This document shows positions 1 through 10,227 of a DNA stretch of 64,000 bases, piece by piece. The notes beneath the pieces are model-generated. The model searched no databases, was not told the origin of the DNA, and saw nothing but the letters and a program-made list of their open reading frames with translations. Where the stretch lies: positions 16,294 through 80,293 of the forward strand of contig CAIOFV010000084.1 of NCBI GenBank assembly GCA_903857665.1, given 5' to 3'. Source of the DNA: an uncultured Myxococcales bacterium. Lineage in GTDB: Bacteria > Myxococcota_A > UBA9042 > DTJE01. Position numbers and translations under genes: made by a program. Every line of letters begins with the position of its first letter. Position 1 is the stretch's first letter.

Positions 1-719
1 CTGTCGCGACTTCAGGTCGGCCGGGTCGGCCTTGTCGGCCGCGACCACGCGGAAGCCGCCCGCGCCCAGGCCCACGTCCTGGCCCAGCACCACCGCCAGC
101 GCGCCGACAAGGTCCATTTCCGCAGCCGTGGGGGCCGTCGGGACTACGATGACCGCGTGGATCTTTTCCTTGTCCTTCGTGTACAGCAGATCGGGATTCG
201 CGTAGTCCGACGGGAACTTCGCGAGGTCCGGGACGACTTCCTTTTCGACGTACGGGACCTGCAGGCGGGACTCCTTTTCCAGCAGCGTCCACAGCGCCGG
301 GTTGTGCACGTCGTCGCACAGGTCCTTGAGGTCCGACCGCATCTTGACGACCAGCGTCAGCACGTTCATGCCGCCCTTCAGCAGCCGCCCCGGGATCTGC
401 ACCACCAGCTGGGCATTCCGCAGGTTGCCGTTGTCCAGATAGATGCTTTCGATCGGGCTGCCGTTCACCTGGACGCTCAGCGTCGACAACTGGCGCACCA
501 GGATCGGGGTGTGCGAAAAGCGCAGGTCCAGCGTGGCCGCTTCCGGGAACTCCCAGTCCTCCGAAAGCTCGAACCAGAACTCCTTGGTGACATAGACGCC
601 CTTCACCGTCGAGTTCGCGCCGGACATGAAGTCGATGGTCACGCCTCGGGCGAAGGCGGGGAGCGCCCCGAGGAGGGTCATCGCAAACATCGCGGAAACC
701 AGCATGCGACGGAACTTCA
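1..719 (-). CDS. 5'-partial secreted protein, BcsB-like (cellulose synthase regulatory subunit family?) N-terminus; ORF runs off the window start
   Basis: Reverse-strand ATG at 719-717 followed by signal peptide MKFRRMLVSAMFAMTLLGALPAFA. Continuous coding frame to position 1 with high GC3. Segment RFSHTPILVRQLSTLSVQVNGSPIESIYLDNGN recalls the BcsB family. Absent from the ORF track only because it has no in-window stop. Confidence 0.5.
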
Positions 720-937
720 TGAGTCACCCCCTGATCGGTCTGGCCGCAGCCTGCTGGGAGGGGAGACGGCCGACACAGGCTCGTCCTTCCCCGCGCACCC
801 ATCTGGGCTGCCAGCGTTCAAAACACCGTGGGCGGATTATAGACGCGCCCGCACCCGAGGTAAAGCCAGAAAAACAACAGGATTTCCATGAGGTTCCTGT
901 CGAACTGCCCAGGGTGGGGAAAATGGAGGGGCCGGAG

Positions 938-1990
938 TCATGCGCGGTTCGGGAACCGGCGCCGCAGCAACGGAAGAAGGGCGACAAAGAGCAGGAGGGA
1001 CATTTCGATCGGGGCGCCCGCGCCTGGCGAGGCATGGCAGGCGTTGCCGCCGCCGGAGGGCGTGGCCGCGACATTCTCGTTCGCGCCCGTCTGGGTGCCG
1101 GTGCCGGGCGTCGATGGAGGCGTCGTGGCGTCCGTCCCCTTGGTGGTCGAGGTCGCATCGCCGTCCACGACGGGCGTGCCCGAGTCCCACTGCGACGAGC
1201 CGCCGCTGAACCCGATCGCCGCCCAGCCCTTCGGCAGGCAGACCTGCTCGGTGGTCGCGGGCGGGCAGTCGCAGGTGCCGCACTGGCAATCCGTCGAATC
1301 CGCCGGGCACGCGCACATCGGGCAGGCGCAGATGCCGCCGGTCGATCGCTCGATGCACTCGAAGCCGGCGGCGCAGTCCGCGTCGGCGGTGCAGGTCGAT
1401 TCCTTCGGTTGGCACCAGGAACCCGAGGTCTGGCAGGTCGGTTCCGTGATGTCGGGACAGTCGCAGGGCGGGCAGTCGGTATCGGGAGCGCAGGCCGCGC
1501 AGGCGCACCCCGTTCCGACGCAGGTTTCCTCGGCCTTGCAGGCCCAGCCGTCCTTGCAGTCGCCGTCAGCCGTGCACGCGGCCGGGTGGTACTGGCAGGC
1601 CTGGGACGTGGTGGGCGTGCAGGACTGCTGTACATCGCAGACCGGGCACTCGCAGGCCGGGCACTCGCCTTCGGCCGGGCAGGCGCACGTACAGGGGGTG
1701 CAGGCGCTGATCGCACAGGGGACCTCGACCGAATCGCACGTGAACCCGGTCGGGCAATCCGAGTCCGCGGTGCAGGAGCCGTCCCACGCCGCGGCGCCGC
1801 AGAACGACTGGTTGCTGCAGTCGGGCACCTTCGGGCAATCCGTCTCCGGCGGACAGGCGGGCGTGCTGCAGGGACTGGGAATGCAGATCTGCCCCTTGCC
1901 GCAGTCGGTGTCCGAGGCGCACGGCACGTCGGCGCCCCGCGCCGGGACGGCCAGGAACATCAGGGTCAGCAACGTCAGCGTGAACTTCAT
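938..1990 (-). CDS. secreted Cys-rich protein with MYXO-CTERM-like C-terminal sorting tail
   Basis: Start at MKFTLTLLTLMFLAVPARG (signal peptide) inside ORF 938..2062. Very high Cys content: CxC and CPxC runs, about 60 Cys. C-terminus GGGNACHASPGAGAPIEMSLLLFVALLPLLRRRF = Gly/Cys patch + hydrophobic helix + Arg cluster. Confidence 0.7.
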   Translation of the reverse strand: MKFTLTLLTLMFLAVPARGADVPCASDTDCGKGQICIPSPCSTPACPPETDCPKVPDCSNQSFCGAAAWDGSCTADSDCPTGFTCDSVEVPCAISACTPCTCACPAEGECPACECPVCDVQQSCTPTTSQACQYHPAACTADGDCKDGWACKAEETCVGTGCACAACAPDTDCPPCDCPDITEPTCQTSGSWCQPKESTCTADADCAAGFECIERSTGGICACPMCACPADSTDCQCGTCDCPPATTEQVCLPKGWAAIGFSGGSSQWDSGTPVVDGDATSTTKGTDATTPPSTPGTGTQTGANENVAATPSGGGNACHASPGAGAPIEMSLLLFVALLPLLRRRFPNRA

Positions 1991-2087
1991 GGGGGCCTCC
2001 TCCCGCCGGTGCCGGGCTTGTCGTCCAGAAGAATTGTACGCGCTTCCGGCCGCAAAGGCCACGGCCGGCCCGGGAAGCGGCGGCGGA

Positions 2088-3257
2088 TCAGAACGTGAAG
2101 GAGACGCGGCTGAGGACGTTGTACTTCGACAGCTGCCCGATGGGCACGCCGCCGATCACCGTGGTGTCGGGCCGAGCCGCCGTCCAGACCGGCGCCTCGA
2201 CGGCCAGGGCCAGCCGGAAGAAGGCGATCTTGAACTGGAGGCCGCCGGTGAAATACAGGGCGTTGAAGGCCGTCGCGTGGGCCAGCGGGACCAGGCCGTT
2301 CAACTCGGCCAGCACGTTCAGGAAGAACGCCGGGAAGAGGACCATGCCGAGGCCGTACTTGAACACGTGCACCGAGTCCACGGGCGGGTGATCCCTGACG
2401 CCGACCTGGGCGATGTACTCCGCGTGGAGCATCAGCAGGATCCACTGGTCGGCGTCCAGCCCCAGCACGAGGTAGGGGGCCAGTCCCAGGTACTGGTGCA
2501 TGGTCTTGGGCGCCTGGAACAGGTCCGCCCGCGCCGACTCGTCGGCGGTCCGGGTGCCCGTGGGCAGGTATCCGGTCAGTCCGCCCGTGAGCCCGTAGGA
2601 CACCTTGTCCTTCGTCCAGATCCCGCCGGACCGGATGTCCAGCGTGACGTTGCCCATGCTGGCATCGGTGCCGCCGTTGTGGATGCGCAGGTTGAAGGGG
2701 AACGACGCACCGACCTGGACATACTTCGTGTTCACCGTGACGAACGGCTCCATCAACAGGTTCACGGAATTCTGGGCATTCGCAGCGATGCGGGCGGCGT
2801 TCACGGCGTCCTGGCGCTGCTGGGGCGTCGCCTGGGACGCATAGCCGATCACTTGCTGGCGGACGTAGGGGTCCGTCACGCCCGCGGCCTGCAACTGGGC
2901 GTCCAGCTGCTGGGGGCTCGACGCAGCCAGGGCCTGCAACTGGTTCCACGTGGCGTCGGGGATCTGCTTCAGCTGGTTCATTGCCGCGTTGACGGTCGCG
3001 GCGCAATTGGCCTGGCCAGCCAGTTCGCACTTCTGGACCGCCTTGTTCTTGAGGTCGTCCTTCAGGTAGCCGAGCACGGCGGACATCGGGGAGGTGCCGA
3101 CGTCCAGTCCGAACTGGACCGTCTGGCTTTCCGCCGCCGGCTTGATGCCGCGGCCGGTGAGGAGCTCGGCCCCGGCAAAGGGCTTCGGCTTCCCCAGGAC
3201 GGGGGAGGATGCGGCCAGGGCGATCGCGAGGGCCGGTGCCAGCAGGCAAAAGCGCAT
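2088..3257 (-). CDS. outer-membrane beta-barrel protein (hypothetical)
   Basis: Signal peptide MRFCLLAPALAIALAASSPVLG. Alternating amphipathic strands. C-terminal ...RVSFTF ending in Phe, typical of an OM beta-barrel signature. Confidence 0.65.
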   Translation of the reverse strand: MRFCLLAPALAIALAASSPVLGKPKPFAGAELLTGRGIKPAAESQTVQFGLDVGTSPMSAVLGYLKDDLKNKAVQKCELAGQANCAATVNAAMNQLKQIPDATWNQLQALAASSPQQLDAQLQAAGVTDPYVRQQVIGYASQATPQQRQDAVNAARIAANAQNSVNLLMEPFVTVNTKYVQVGASFPFNLRIHNGGTDASMGNVTLDIRSGGIWTKDKVSYGLTGGLTGYLPTGTRTADESARADLFQAPKTMHQYLGLAPYLVLGLDADQWILLMLHAEYIAQVGVRDHPPVDSVHVFKYGLGMVLFPAFFLNVLAELNGLVPLAHATAFNALYFTGGLQFKIAFFRLALAVEAPVWTAARPDTTVIGGVPIGQLSKYNVLSRVSFTF

Positions 3258-3336
3258 CGAGCACCTTTCGTCGGGCGAGCCCGGTAAGGGACGATTCTAG
3301 TGAATTCGCGCCCCGCATGGAAAGCCGGGGACGGGA

Positions 3337-5975
3337 TCAACGCGCCCTGTGGGGGGGAGGAGGCGCGGACCGGGCGGGGTCGTCGGGCCAGGAGTGGCGG
3401 GGGTAGCGACGCCTCAGCTCGCGGGCCAGCGACGGGTAGTGCCGTTCCCAGAACCCGGCCAGATCGGTCGTCACCTGCACGTCGCGGCCCCCGGGCGACA
3501 GGAGGTGGAGAACAACCGGCAGGGCGCCGTCCATCACCGCGGGCCCCCGGGCCAGGCCGAAGAAGTCCTGCAGGCGCGACGCGGCGCTGGGCGGCTCGCC
3601 CGCGGGATAGTCGATCCGGAGGGTCCGCCCTCCGGCCAGCCGGAACGTCGCCGGCGCCAGGGCGTCCAGAGCGCGACGCGGCCCCGTGCCCAGGCGGGCC
3701 GACAGGGCCTCCTGCACGCCACGACGGCGGACGTCGGCCAGCGATCGGCAGCCGCGGCAGGCATCCCGCCGCACGGCATCGAGGTCGTCGTCGTCGAATG
3801 CCGGCAGGCCCAGGTCGGGACGGCGGCCTCGCAGGAAGGCCACGCGGGCCAGGAAACCGGCAGGATCCTCCCGTTCCGCGGCCAGCGAGGCGATGGGCCG
3901 ATCCCGGAGCCCCGCGGCCAGCGCGTCTGCGACCGATGCCGGGTCGCCCTGGAACGGGCGCTCCTCCAGCACCAGGCAGTCGTAGACCAGGCGCCGTACG
4001 GATTCCACCCGGTCGGCCCCCGGCAGGAACCGCACCTCGATGGTTTCGCGAACCTCGTCGAACCGGCCCTCCAGCAGATCGTCGTCGTCCAGGGGGCGGG
4101 CGGACCGCACCCGGAGGACCTGGCCGCGCGCGCCGGCCCGCTCGGTGGCGTCCGCGGCGATCACCAGGCGCCCTTCGGGGAGCAGCGCGTCGGCGGGAAG
4201 ATCGGCGGTCCCCCCGGACGACAGGGCCAGTTCCAGGGCCCCCGCCCGTGCCAGCCCGGGAAGGATCGATCGACGCACGCGGCCCACGCGATCCGGAAAC
4301 CCGGCCAGCAGGGACAGGGTCAGCACGCGGCCCAGATCGCCCGGCCCGGCGCCCGATCCGCCCTGGACGACGGCCGCCGGGCACAGCCCTGCCCTGCGCG
4401 CCTGGGCCTCCATGTGCACAGCCGCCCGGCGGACCACGGACACCGCCGCAGGGTCGAGGTCCGCATGCCGGCCGCCGGCGCCCAGCCCCGCCACCGTTTC
4501 GACGGGATCGAGGAAGCCGTCCGGAAGGTCCGACACGGGCGCCGCCCCGGAGCCGGGCCCTGGCATTGCGTGCCCCATCAGCAGGCGCCGCGACCCCGTC
4601 GAGCGACGCACGTCCCGCTCGGCCAGCACCGCCGCCAGCAGGCACCTTCCGGGAGGCGCCCGCGGGCGGCGGCCTCGGCGACCAGGCGCCCCAGGCGCGG
4701 GTGGGCAGGCAGCCGGGCCACCTGCACGCCCAGGTCGGTCACACGACCGTCGGAACCCGCCAGCCCAAGCCGCTGCAGCAGCCCCTCGGCGGCCTCCAGG
4801 GCGGCTCGCGGAGGCGGGTCCAGCCATGGCACGCCGGTCGCGGGTTCGATCCCAGCGGCATGCAGAAGCAGCACGGCATCGGCGAGATCCGCCCGGGCGA
4901 TTTCGGGCGCGTCGGCGTCGGGCCGCCCGTCGTACTCCGATCGCGTGAACAGCCGCACGCAGCACCCGGGACGCACCCGCCCGGCGCGACCCGCCCTCTG
5001 CTCGGCGGACGCCTTCGACACCGGCTGGACACGCAGGGACGGCATGCCCGACCAGGGGCTGTGGACCAGGCGACGCGCCAGCCCGCTGTCCACCACCGCC
5101 GTCACGCCTTCCACCGTGATGGAGGTTTCGGCGACGTTGGTGGCCAGGATCACCTTGGGACGATCGCCCGGCAGCACCGCCCGATCCTGCTCCTCGGGCG
5201 GCAGGTCGCCGTGCAGCGGCAGGACCAGGCGCCCGCTCCGCCTCGCCAGGTCGGCGCACGCCTCCCGGGCCCGCCGGATCTCGGCGGCCCCGGGCAGGAA
5301 CACCAGGATGTCGCCGTGGTTCGCCGCGACCAGGCGCTCGACCGATTCGGCGACCCGCGCCTCCAGGGGCCTCGCGTCCGGACGCGCAGCGTATTCGACC
5401 GCCACGTCGAACCGCCGCCCTTCGGCCCGCACCGCCGTGGCATCCAGCGTCGCCGCCAGGCCCTCGGCGTCCAGGGTCGCGGACATGATCACCAGCAGAA
5501 GGTCCGGCCGGGGTCCCGCCCGCAGCCGCCGCAACAGCGCCAGGGCCAGGTCCGCGTCCAGGCTGCGTTCGTGGAACTCGTCCAGCACGACCGCGCCGAC
5601 CCCCGCCAGCGTCGGGTCGGCCAGCAGCCTCCGCACCAGCACGCCTTCCGTGACGTACCACAGGCGCGTGGACGAGCCGCCCACCTCCTCGAAGCGCACC
5701 TTCCACCCGACCGTGCCGCCCGGCGCCTCCCCGCGCTCGGCCGCCACGCGCCGGGCCGCCATGCGGGCCGCCAGCCGCCGCGGCTGCACGACGATGACCT
5801 CGCCTTGGCCGCACAGGCCCGCATCCAGGATCGCCGGGGGGACCCGCGTGGTCTTGCCCGACCCGGGCGGCGCGGCCAGCACCAGAACGGGGCGCCGCCG
5901 CAAGGCCTCGATCACGCCGGGCAGGACATCGTCCACCGGCAGAGGCACGCGTCCGAAGGCCCCCGTCCCCGTCAT
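3337..5975 (-). CDS. hrpB: ATP-dependent RNA helicase HrpB (DEAH box); apparent -1/+1 frameshift near 4635-4655
   Basis: N-terminal 465 aa (ORF 4578..5975) has GSGKTT Walker A, DEFHER, SATLD and helicase C motifs. The C-terminal HrpB domain ([13 protein letters not shown] ... RLQDFFG ... [33 protein letters not shown]) is in a different frame (ORF 3337..6009). The two frames meet around ...[13 protein letters not shown] / [11 protein letters not shown]... Confidence 0.75.
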
Positions 5976-6037
5976 CTGCTCCCCATTCCCGTCCCGGGCG
6001 GCCTATCATACCCGGGTCGCCTGTCTGGGGAAGTTCG

Positions 6038-6463
6038 ATGGATTCGCCGCATCATTGGCTGATGAAGACCGAGCCGGGGACGTTCGCCTGGAGCGACCTG
6101 GTCCACCGGGGCACCGACCCCTGGGACGGCGTGCGCAACGCCCAGGCCCGCAACCACATCCGGGCGATGGCCGTGGGCGACCTGGCGCTGATCTACCACT
6201 CGGGCGACCAGCGCCGGATCGTCGGTGTGGCCCGCGTCGCGTCCATCCCGTACCCCGATCCGACCAGCGACGACCCGCGGTGGGTGGTCGTAGACGTCGA
6301 GCCGCTTCAGGCGCTTCCGCGACCGGTGACGCTGGCCGACGTCAAGGCCGATCCCGTCCTGTCCACGCTGGCGATCGTGCGCCAGCCCCGCCTGTCCGTG
6401 GCCCCGGTCACCTCGGAACAGTTCGAGCGCGTACTGGAAATCGGCGGGATCGACGAGGGGTGA
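6038..6463 (+). CDS. EVE (PUA-like) domain protein
   Basis: HWLMKTEPGTFAWSDL...GVRNAQARNHIRAMAVGDLALIYHSG matches the EVE/DUF55 signature. Confidence 0.75.
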   Translation: MDSPHHWLMKTEPGTFAWSDLVHRGTDPWDGVRNAQARNHIRAMAVGDLALIYHSGDQRRIVGVARVASIPYPDPTSDDPRWVVVDVEPLQALPRPVTLADVKADPVLSTLAIVRQPRLSVAPVTSEQFERVLEIGGIDEG

Positions 6464-6505
6464 GGGAGCGCGGGACGGGGCCATCCACAGGCGGCGCCGA
6501 AGGAA

Positions 6506-7393
6506 TCACGGCCCGCGAACGCACTTGACCGCTGCGCTCTGCATGCCGGACATCGTCGGCGGGACGTTGATGGCTGCGTCGAAGAACGTCAGGTACCACG
6601 AGCGCTTGTCGCCGGCCACGGTCGCCTGGACCTGCGTGCCCGACCAGTACAGGTTGCAGTACCAGTCGAACGTGTTGTCCATGTAGCACTTCTTGGTCGC
6701 GTCGCCGATCTTCGGCACGGGCCCCAGGTTCATGCCGCACCCGTCGCAGTCGGACGTGCGGGCGGCCTCGTTGGTCGTGGTGCCGACGATCGGGCAGGAA
6801 CCGCCGGTGCCCGTCTTCGCGTCGCATCCGATGACCAGTTCCCGCAGCTCGACGATGCTGGGCAGGTGCCAGCCCGTGTATCCGCCCATTTGCTGCTTGT
6901 CCAGGTCGGTGCAGTACTTCTGGGCGTCGGTCAGCAGCGACGTGAATCCCTCGCTCTTCATCCAGGTCCGGCCGGAATGGGTGTCCAGCATGGTGCCGTC
7001 GCAGTTGTCCCGCAGCCCGTACGCGCTGACCGGGTACTCGCACGGCGGGCCCGGATCCACCGGCCCCTCGTCGGCGGGGCCGGGGTCGATCGGTACGACG
7101 TTGTCCTGCGTGCCCGGATCCACCGGTGTCGAGTCCTTGCCCGGATCGGTGGGAGTGCCCGGATCGGTCGGGGTGCCGGGGTCGTTCGCCGGTCCCGGAT
7201 CCTGCCCGTCCGGCAGCGGGTTGCCGTCGTCGGTCACCTGGGGAACGTCGCTGTAGTGGATGTCGATCGGGTTGACCACATCGACCACGATCAGGCCCTC
7301 GTCGGTCCCCCCCGAGGACGACCCGCACGCGACGCATGCCGCGACGAAAAGGCCCCCCAGCATGCAGACAAGCGTCCTGCGCATCGTGCTCAC
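6506..7393 (-). CDS. lipoprotein with DUF1566 (Lcl-like) C-terminal domain
   Basis: Lipobox LFVAACVACGSS. Pro/Asp-rich linker with PGTPTD repeats. TGWHLPSIVELRELV...YWSGT...SWYLTFFDAAIN...AVKCVRG is the DUF1566 signature. Confidence 0.75.
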   Translation of the reverse strand: MSTMRRTLVCMLGGLFVAACVACGSSSGGTDEGLIVVDVVNPIDIHYSDVPQVTDDGNPLPDGQDPGPANDPGTPTDPGTPTDPGKDSTPVDPGTQDNVVPIDPGPADEGPVDPGPPCEYPVSAYGLRDNCDGTMLDTHSGRTWMKSEGFTSLLTDAQKYCTDLDKQQMGGYTGWHLPSIVELRELVIGCDAKTGTGGSCPIVGTTTNEAARTSDCDGCGMNLGPVPKIGDATKKCYMDNTFDWYCNLYWSGTQVQATVAGDKRSWYLTFFDAAINVPPTMSGMQSAAVKCVRGP

Positions 7394-7447
7394 CTCCAGA
7401 CGGGCAGAGGATACGGCGTCCGCCGCGAAAAATCGACAGGAAGAGGG

Positions 7448-9112
7448 TCACGCACGAATCCGGAACTCCTTCCACGCGTGGTGGTTCAGTTCGTCGCGGA
7501 AACGCGGGTCGGCCACGGAAATCAGGTTCCGGACGAACCGGTGCTGGTCCACGCCGGACATCTGCGCGACGCCGTGCTCGGTCACCAGGAAGAACCGGGC
7601 GCCCTCGCGACCGCCCATGATGTCGGGCCCGATGTACGAAATCGGCGTGCCCTTGGGCTGGAACGGGAAGATCGACGAACGCACCTTGCCTTCGGGTGTC
7701 GTATGCGTGGACTTCATGCAGAAGTACGCGATGCCGCCTCGCGACAGGCCGCGGTTGATGGTCGCGCCGCCGCCGACGCCGCTGATGTTGTTGCTGTCGC
7801 GGCCGCTGGCGTTGATGTGCCCCTGGAAATCGATCGACAGGCAGTTGTTGATTCCCATGCCGTAGTTGAAGGCCTCGGGAATGACCACCCGGGACGCCGC
7901 CGCGATGATGACCGCGGGATTGTTGTCGAGCCTCTTGTAGAAGTCGCTTCCCTCGGTGCAGAGCGTGAACGTGGCGACCAGCTTGCCGTCCAGCACGGTC
8001 CGGCGGCCGTCCTTCTCGATGAAGTGGGTGCCTGCGATCTTGCCGGCATCGAACAGGTCGAGCGTGTAAGGCTCGAGCATCTCGGTGTAGCAGCGCCCGG
8101 TCCACGACGACGCCTTGAGATCCCGGATGCACAGCACGCCCGTCCCGCCGAAGCCCACCTGGATCGCCCGCCCCTGTGTGAAGCGCAGGTTCTGCTCGAT
8201 GTGGTTCACCGTGTTCTCGGCGATGGTCACCTCGGACTTCGCCGGGTTGTCGAAGGAGTTGCCGGGCAGGCACGGCAGGCGGCCGTCGTTGTCCTCGACC
8301 ACGAACAGTTTCCCGGCCCGGGCCAGGCCCTCGAACTGGCTGACGTGGATCGTGTTGGACGCCCACTCCTCGCTGTAGCCGCGCGTGAAGGGGTACTTCG
8401 GGTTGAGGTACAGCAGGATGTTGATGGTCTTCAGGCGCACGGCCTTTTCCAGGATCTCGCCGTTCGCGCCGTTCGCCAGGCCGTGGGACAGTTCGCCCTT
8501 TTCGTTCGGGGGCGTCATCACCATCACGAACGTATCGACCTGCGGATTGTCGTCCGGGTCGAATCCCATGCTGTCCACCGCGTCGGGGAAGTGGATGGAC
8601 TGCATGCGGGTGATGCCCATGCGAGTGGTGTTGCGGCCGACGTAGTCGGGGTACAGCGCGCGGGTCAGGAAGTTCGAGGGGATGACGGCGTTGGTGGCCG
8701 GCCCGATGAAGGCCGACGTGAACGTGATGCGCCGGCGATTCAGTTCCTCGTAGTGCCCGATCAGCCGCTTGAGGCCTTCCAGCTTCTTCGTGACCGCGTT
8801 GACCTTCCGCGCGAACCGGCCCATCGCCGAGTCGGCGGTCGAGCTGGCCGCCAGGTCCGCCAGCGCGCCCTTGCTCTTCAGCGCGGTGCCGAGGCACAGT
8901 TCGTACGGAGCCATGAACAGGGCCTGGCGGATGTCCAGCCCCGTGATGTCCTCGCGCACGATGTGGTTCCACAACGAGTCGTAGAAGGTCGAGGGTTCGG
9001 ACGTGGCGAAGCCCGAGGCCACGGTCATGCCCGAACGGACGGCGCGACGAAGGGCCTCGTCGTTCGGCAGGATGCTGTCGGCGAAGAACGCGGGAACGTT
9101 CGGATACGGCAT
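7448..9112 (-). CDS. acetyl-CoA hydrolase/transferase family protein (acyl-CoA:carboxylate CoA-transferase)
   Basis: C-terminal GVGGGATINRGLSRGGIAYFCMKST... motif of the AcetylCoA_hyd_C family. Start chosen at MPYPNVPAFF (ATG 9112) with a G-rich RBS. A longer ORF extends to 9160. Confidence 0.75.
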   Translation of the reverse strand: MPYPNVPAFFADSILPNDEALRRAVRSGMTVASGFATSEPSTFYDSLWNHIVREDITGLDIRQALFMAPYELCLGTALKSKGALADLAASSTADSAMGRFARKVNAVTKKLEGLKRLIGHYEELNRRRITFTSAFIGPATNAVIPSNFLTRALYPDYVGRNTTRMGITRMQSIHFPDAVDSMGFDPDDNPQVDTFVMVMTPPNEKGELSHGLANGANGEILEKAVRLKTINILLYLNPKYPFTRGYSEEWASNTIHVSQFEGLARAGKLFVVEDNDGRLPCLPGNSFDNPAKSEVTIAENTVNHIEQNLRFTQGRAIQVGFGGTGVLCIRDLKASSWTGRCYTEMLEPYTLDLFDAGKIAGTHFIEKDGRRTVLDGKLVATFTLCTEGSDFYKRLDNNPAVIIAAASRVVIPEAFNYGMGINNCLSIDFQGHINASGRDSNNISGVGGGATINRGLSRGGIAYFCMKSTHTTPEGKVRSSIFPFQPKGTPISYIGPDIMGGREGARFFLVTEHGVAQMSGVDQHRFVRNLISVADPRFRDELNHHAWKEFRIRA

Positions 9113-9279
9113 CGAGACCCCCCTGATTGAAGTGCGTCGTACCTCCGGGGCGCAGGCCACCGATACGGACCCTACGCGGGTCCGAAAACTACCACTTCGA
9201 CGATTGTCGAGGCAAGTCGTGCTTTTCAGGGATGTTCTTCATCCGATTTCCAATCGCTGACGACGGGCACCGACCGCCC

Positions 9280-10155
9280 TCATCCGACGCCGGCAGGGCC
9301 GCACCAGCACAGGCCCAGGGGTCCCAGCATGCACTGGCCCCGCGCGCCGCCCAGCAGTTCGCACTTGTCCGGCGTGCACTGGGGATTCACGGCGTCGCTG
9401 CAAAGATCCTCGGAGGCAGCAACGCAGCCGCACCCGCCCCCGGCGACCGGACGACAACGCCCCTGCCCCTTCAGCCCCAGGTCGCACACGTTGGACCAGC
9501 ACTGGGGGTTTTCTGCGGTCCCGCAGGGGTCCGCGGCCGTCTTGCAGCCGCACGTCAGCGCAAGTGCGTCCCCCTGGCAGGCGCCCAGGACACCGGGCTT
9601 CAGCCAGCACTGCAGGGGCGTGCATGTCGTCACCGGCTTGAGCAACCCGCACACGTTGATCTTCGTGCACGTGCACACCTCGGCGGTCGCGCCCGCCTGG
9701 CACAGCCCGAAGGCGCCGCCGGCAAGCGTGCACTGGCGGTTGACGCACTGGGGGTTGAGGCCGAACCCGCACGGATCGGCCGTTCCCCTGCAGATGCAGC
9801 CCGCGCCGGCCGGGTCCATCACGCACGCGTCATCGACGGTCGAGGGGTCGCCGTCGTCGCAGGCGGCCGCGCTGCAGTTCGGGTTTTGCGCCGTGCCGCA
9901 GGGCTCGGCCGGGGGCACGTCATCGACCGGCGCGTCGATGGCGGGCGCGTCGTCAACGGGCAGGTCGATGGCAGGCACGTCGGTGCGGGGCAGGTCCGTC
10001 GCAGGCCCGTCCGTGCCCGGATCCACCGCGACGTCCGCCGGGACGTCGGCCAGGGCGCTCAGGTCCACGGAGGCGACGTTCACCTTGCACCCGGCCAGCG
10101 CCCATAGGACGAGCCCTGCCGCCAGAGCGGTCGTTCGGAAGCCCGAGCGAGCCAT
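9280..10155 (-). CDS. Cys-rich repeat lipoprotein
   Basis: Lipobox LVLWALAGC. Four ~45-aa repeats of DPCG..ENPQC...C.L.GG..G.C. Upstream of and co-oriented with the CoA-transferase gene. Confidence 0.7.
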   Translation of the reverse strand: MARSGFRTTALAAGLVLWALAGCKVNVASVDLSALADVPADVAVDPGTDGPATDLPRTDVPAIDLPVDDAPAIDAPVDDVPPAEPCGTAQNPNCSAAACDDGDPSTVDDACVMDPAGAGCICRGTADPCGFGLNPQCVNRQCTLAGGAFGLCQAGATAEVCTCTKINVCGLLKPVTTCTPLQCWLKPGVLGACQGDALALTCGCKTAADPCGTAENPQCWSNVCDLGLKGQGRCRPVAGGGCGCVAASEDLCSDAVNPQCTPDKCELLGGARGQCMLGPLGLCWCGPAGVG

Positions 10156-10227
10156 GCCATCCCCCGTTTCGCCTTGACGGGAAGAATCATACTCCCGCGG
10201 AGGGAGAACAGGGAGGCCGGTGGATTG

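Noticed and set aside
888-3287. 799-aa + strand ORF spanning two minus-strand genes
   Set aside because: Translation is Arg/Gly/Ala/Pro low-complexity typical of wrong-frame reading in 70% GC DNA. The opposite strand encodes a signal-peptide Cys-rich protein and an OM barrel with clean architecture.
3300-6528. 920-aa and 1059-aa + strand ORFs, and the 527-aa minus ORF at 3062..4645
   Set aside because: Antisense or off-frame to hrpB, whose helicase motifs are unmistakable. Products are Arg/Pro-rich nonsense.
6408-8972. 854-aa minus-strand ORF
   Set aside because: Off-frame overlap of the DUF1566 lipoprotein and CoA-transferase genes. His/Arg/Pro-rich with no domain signature.
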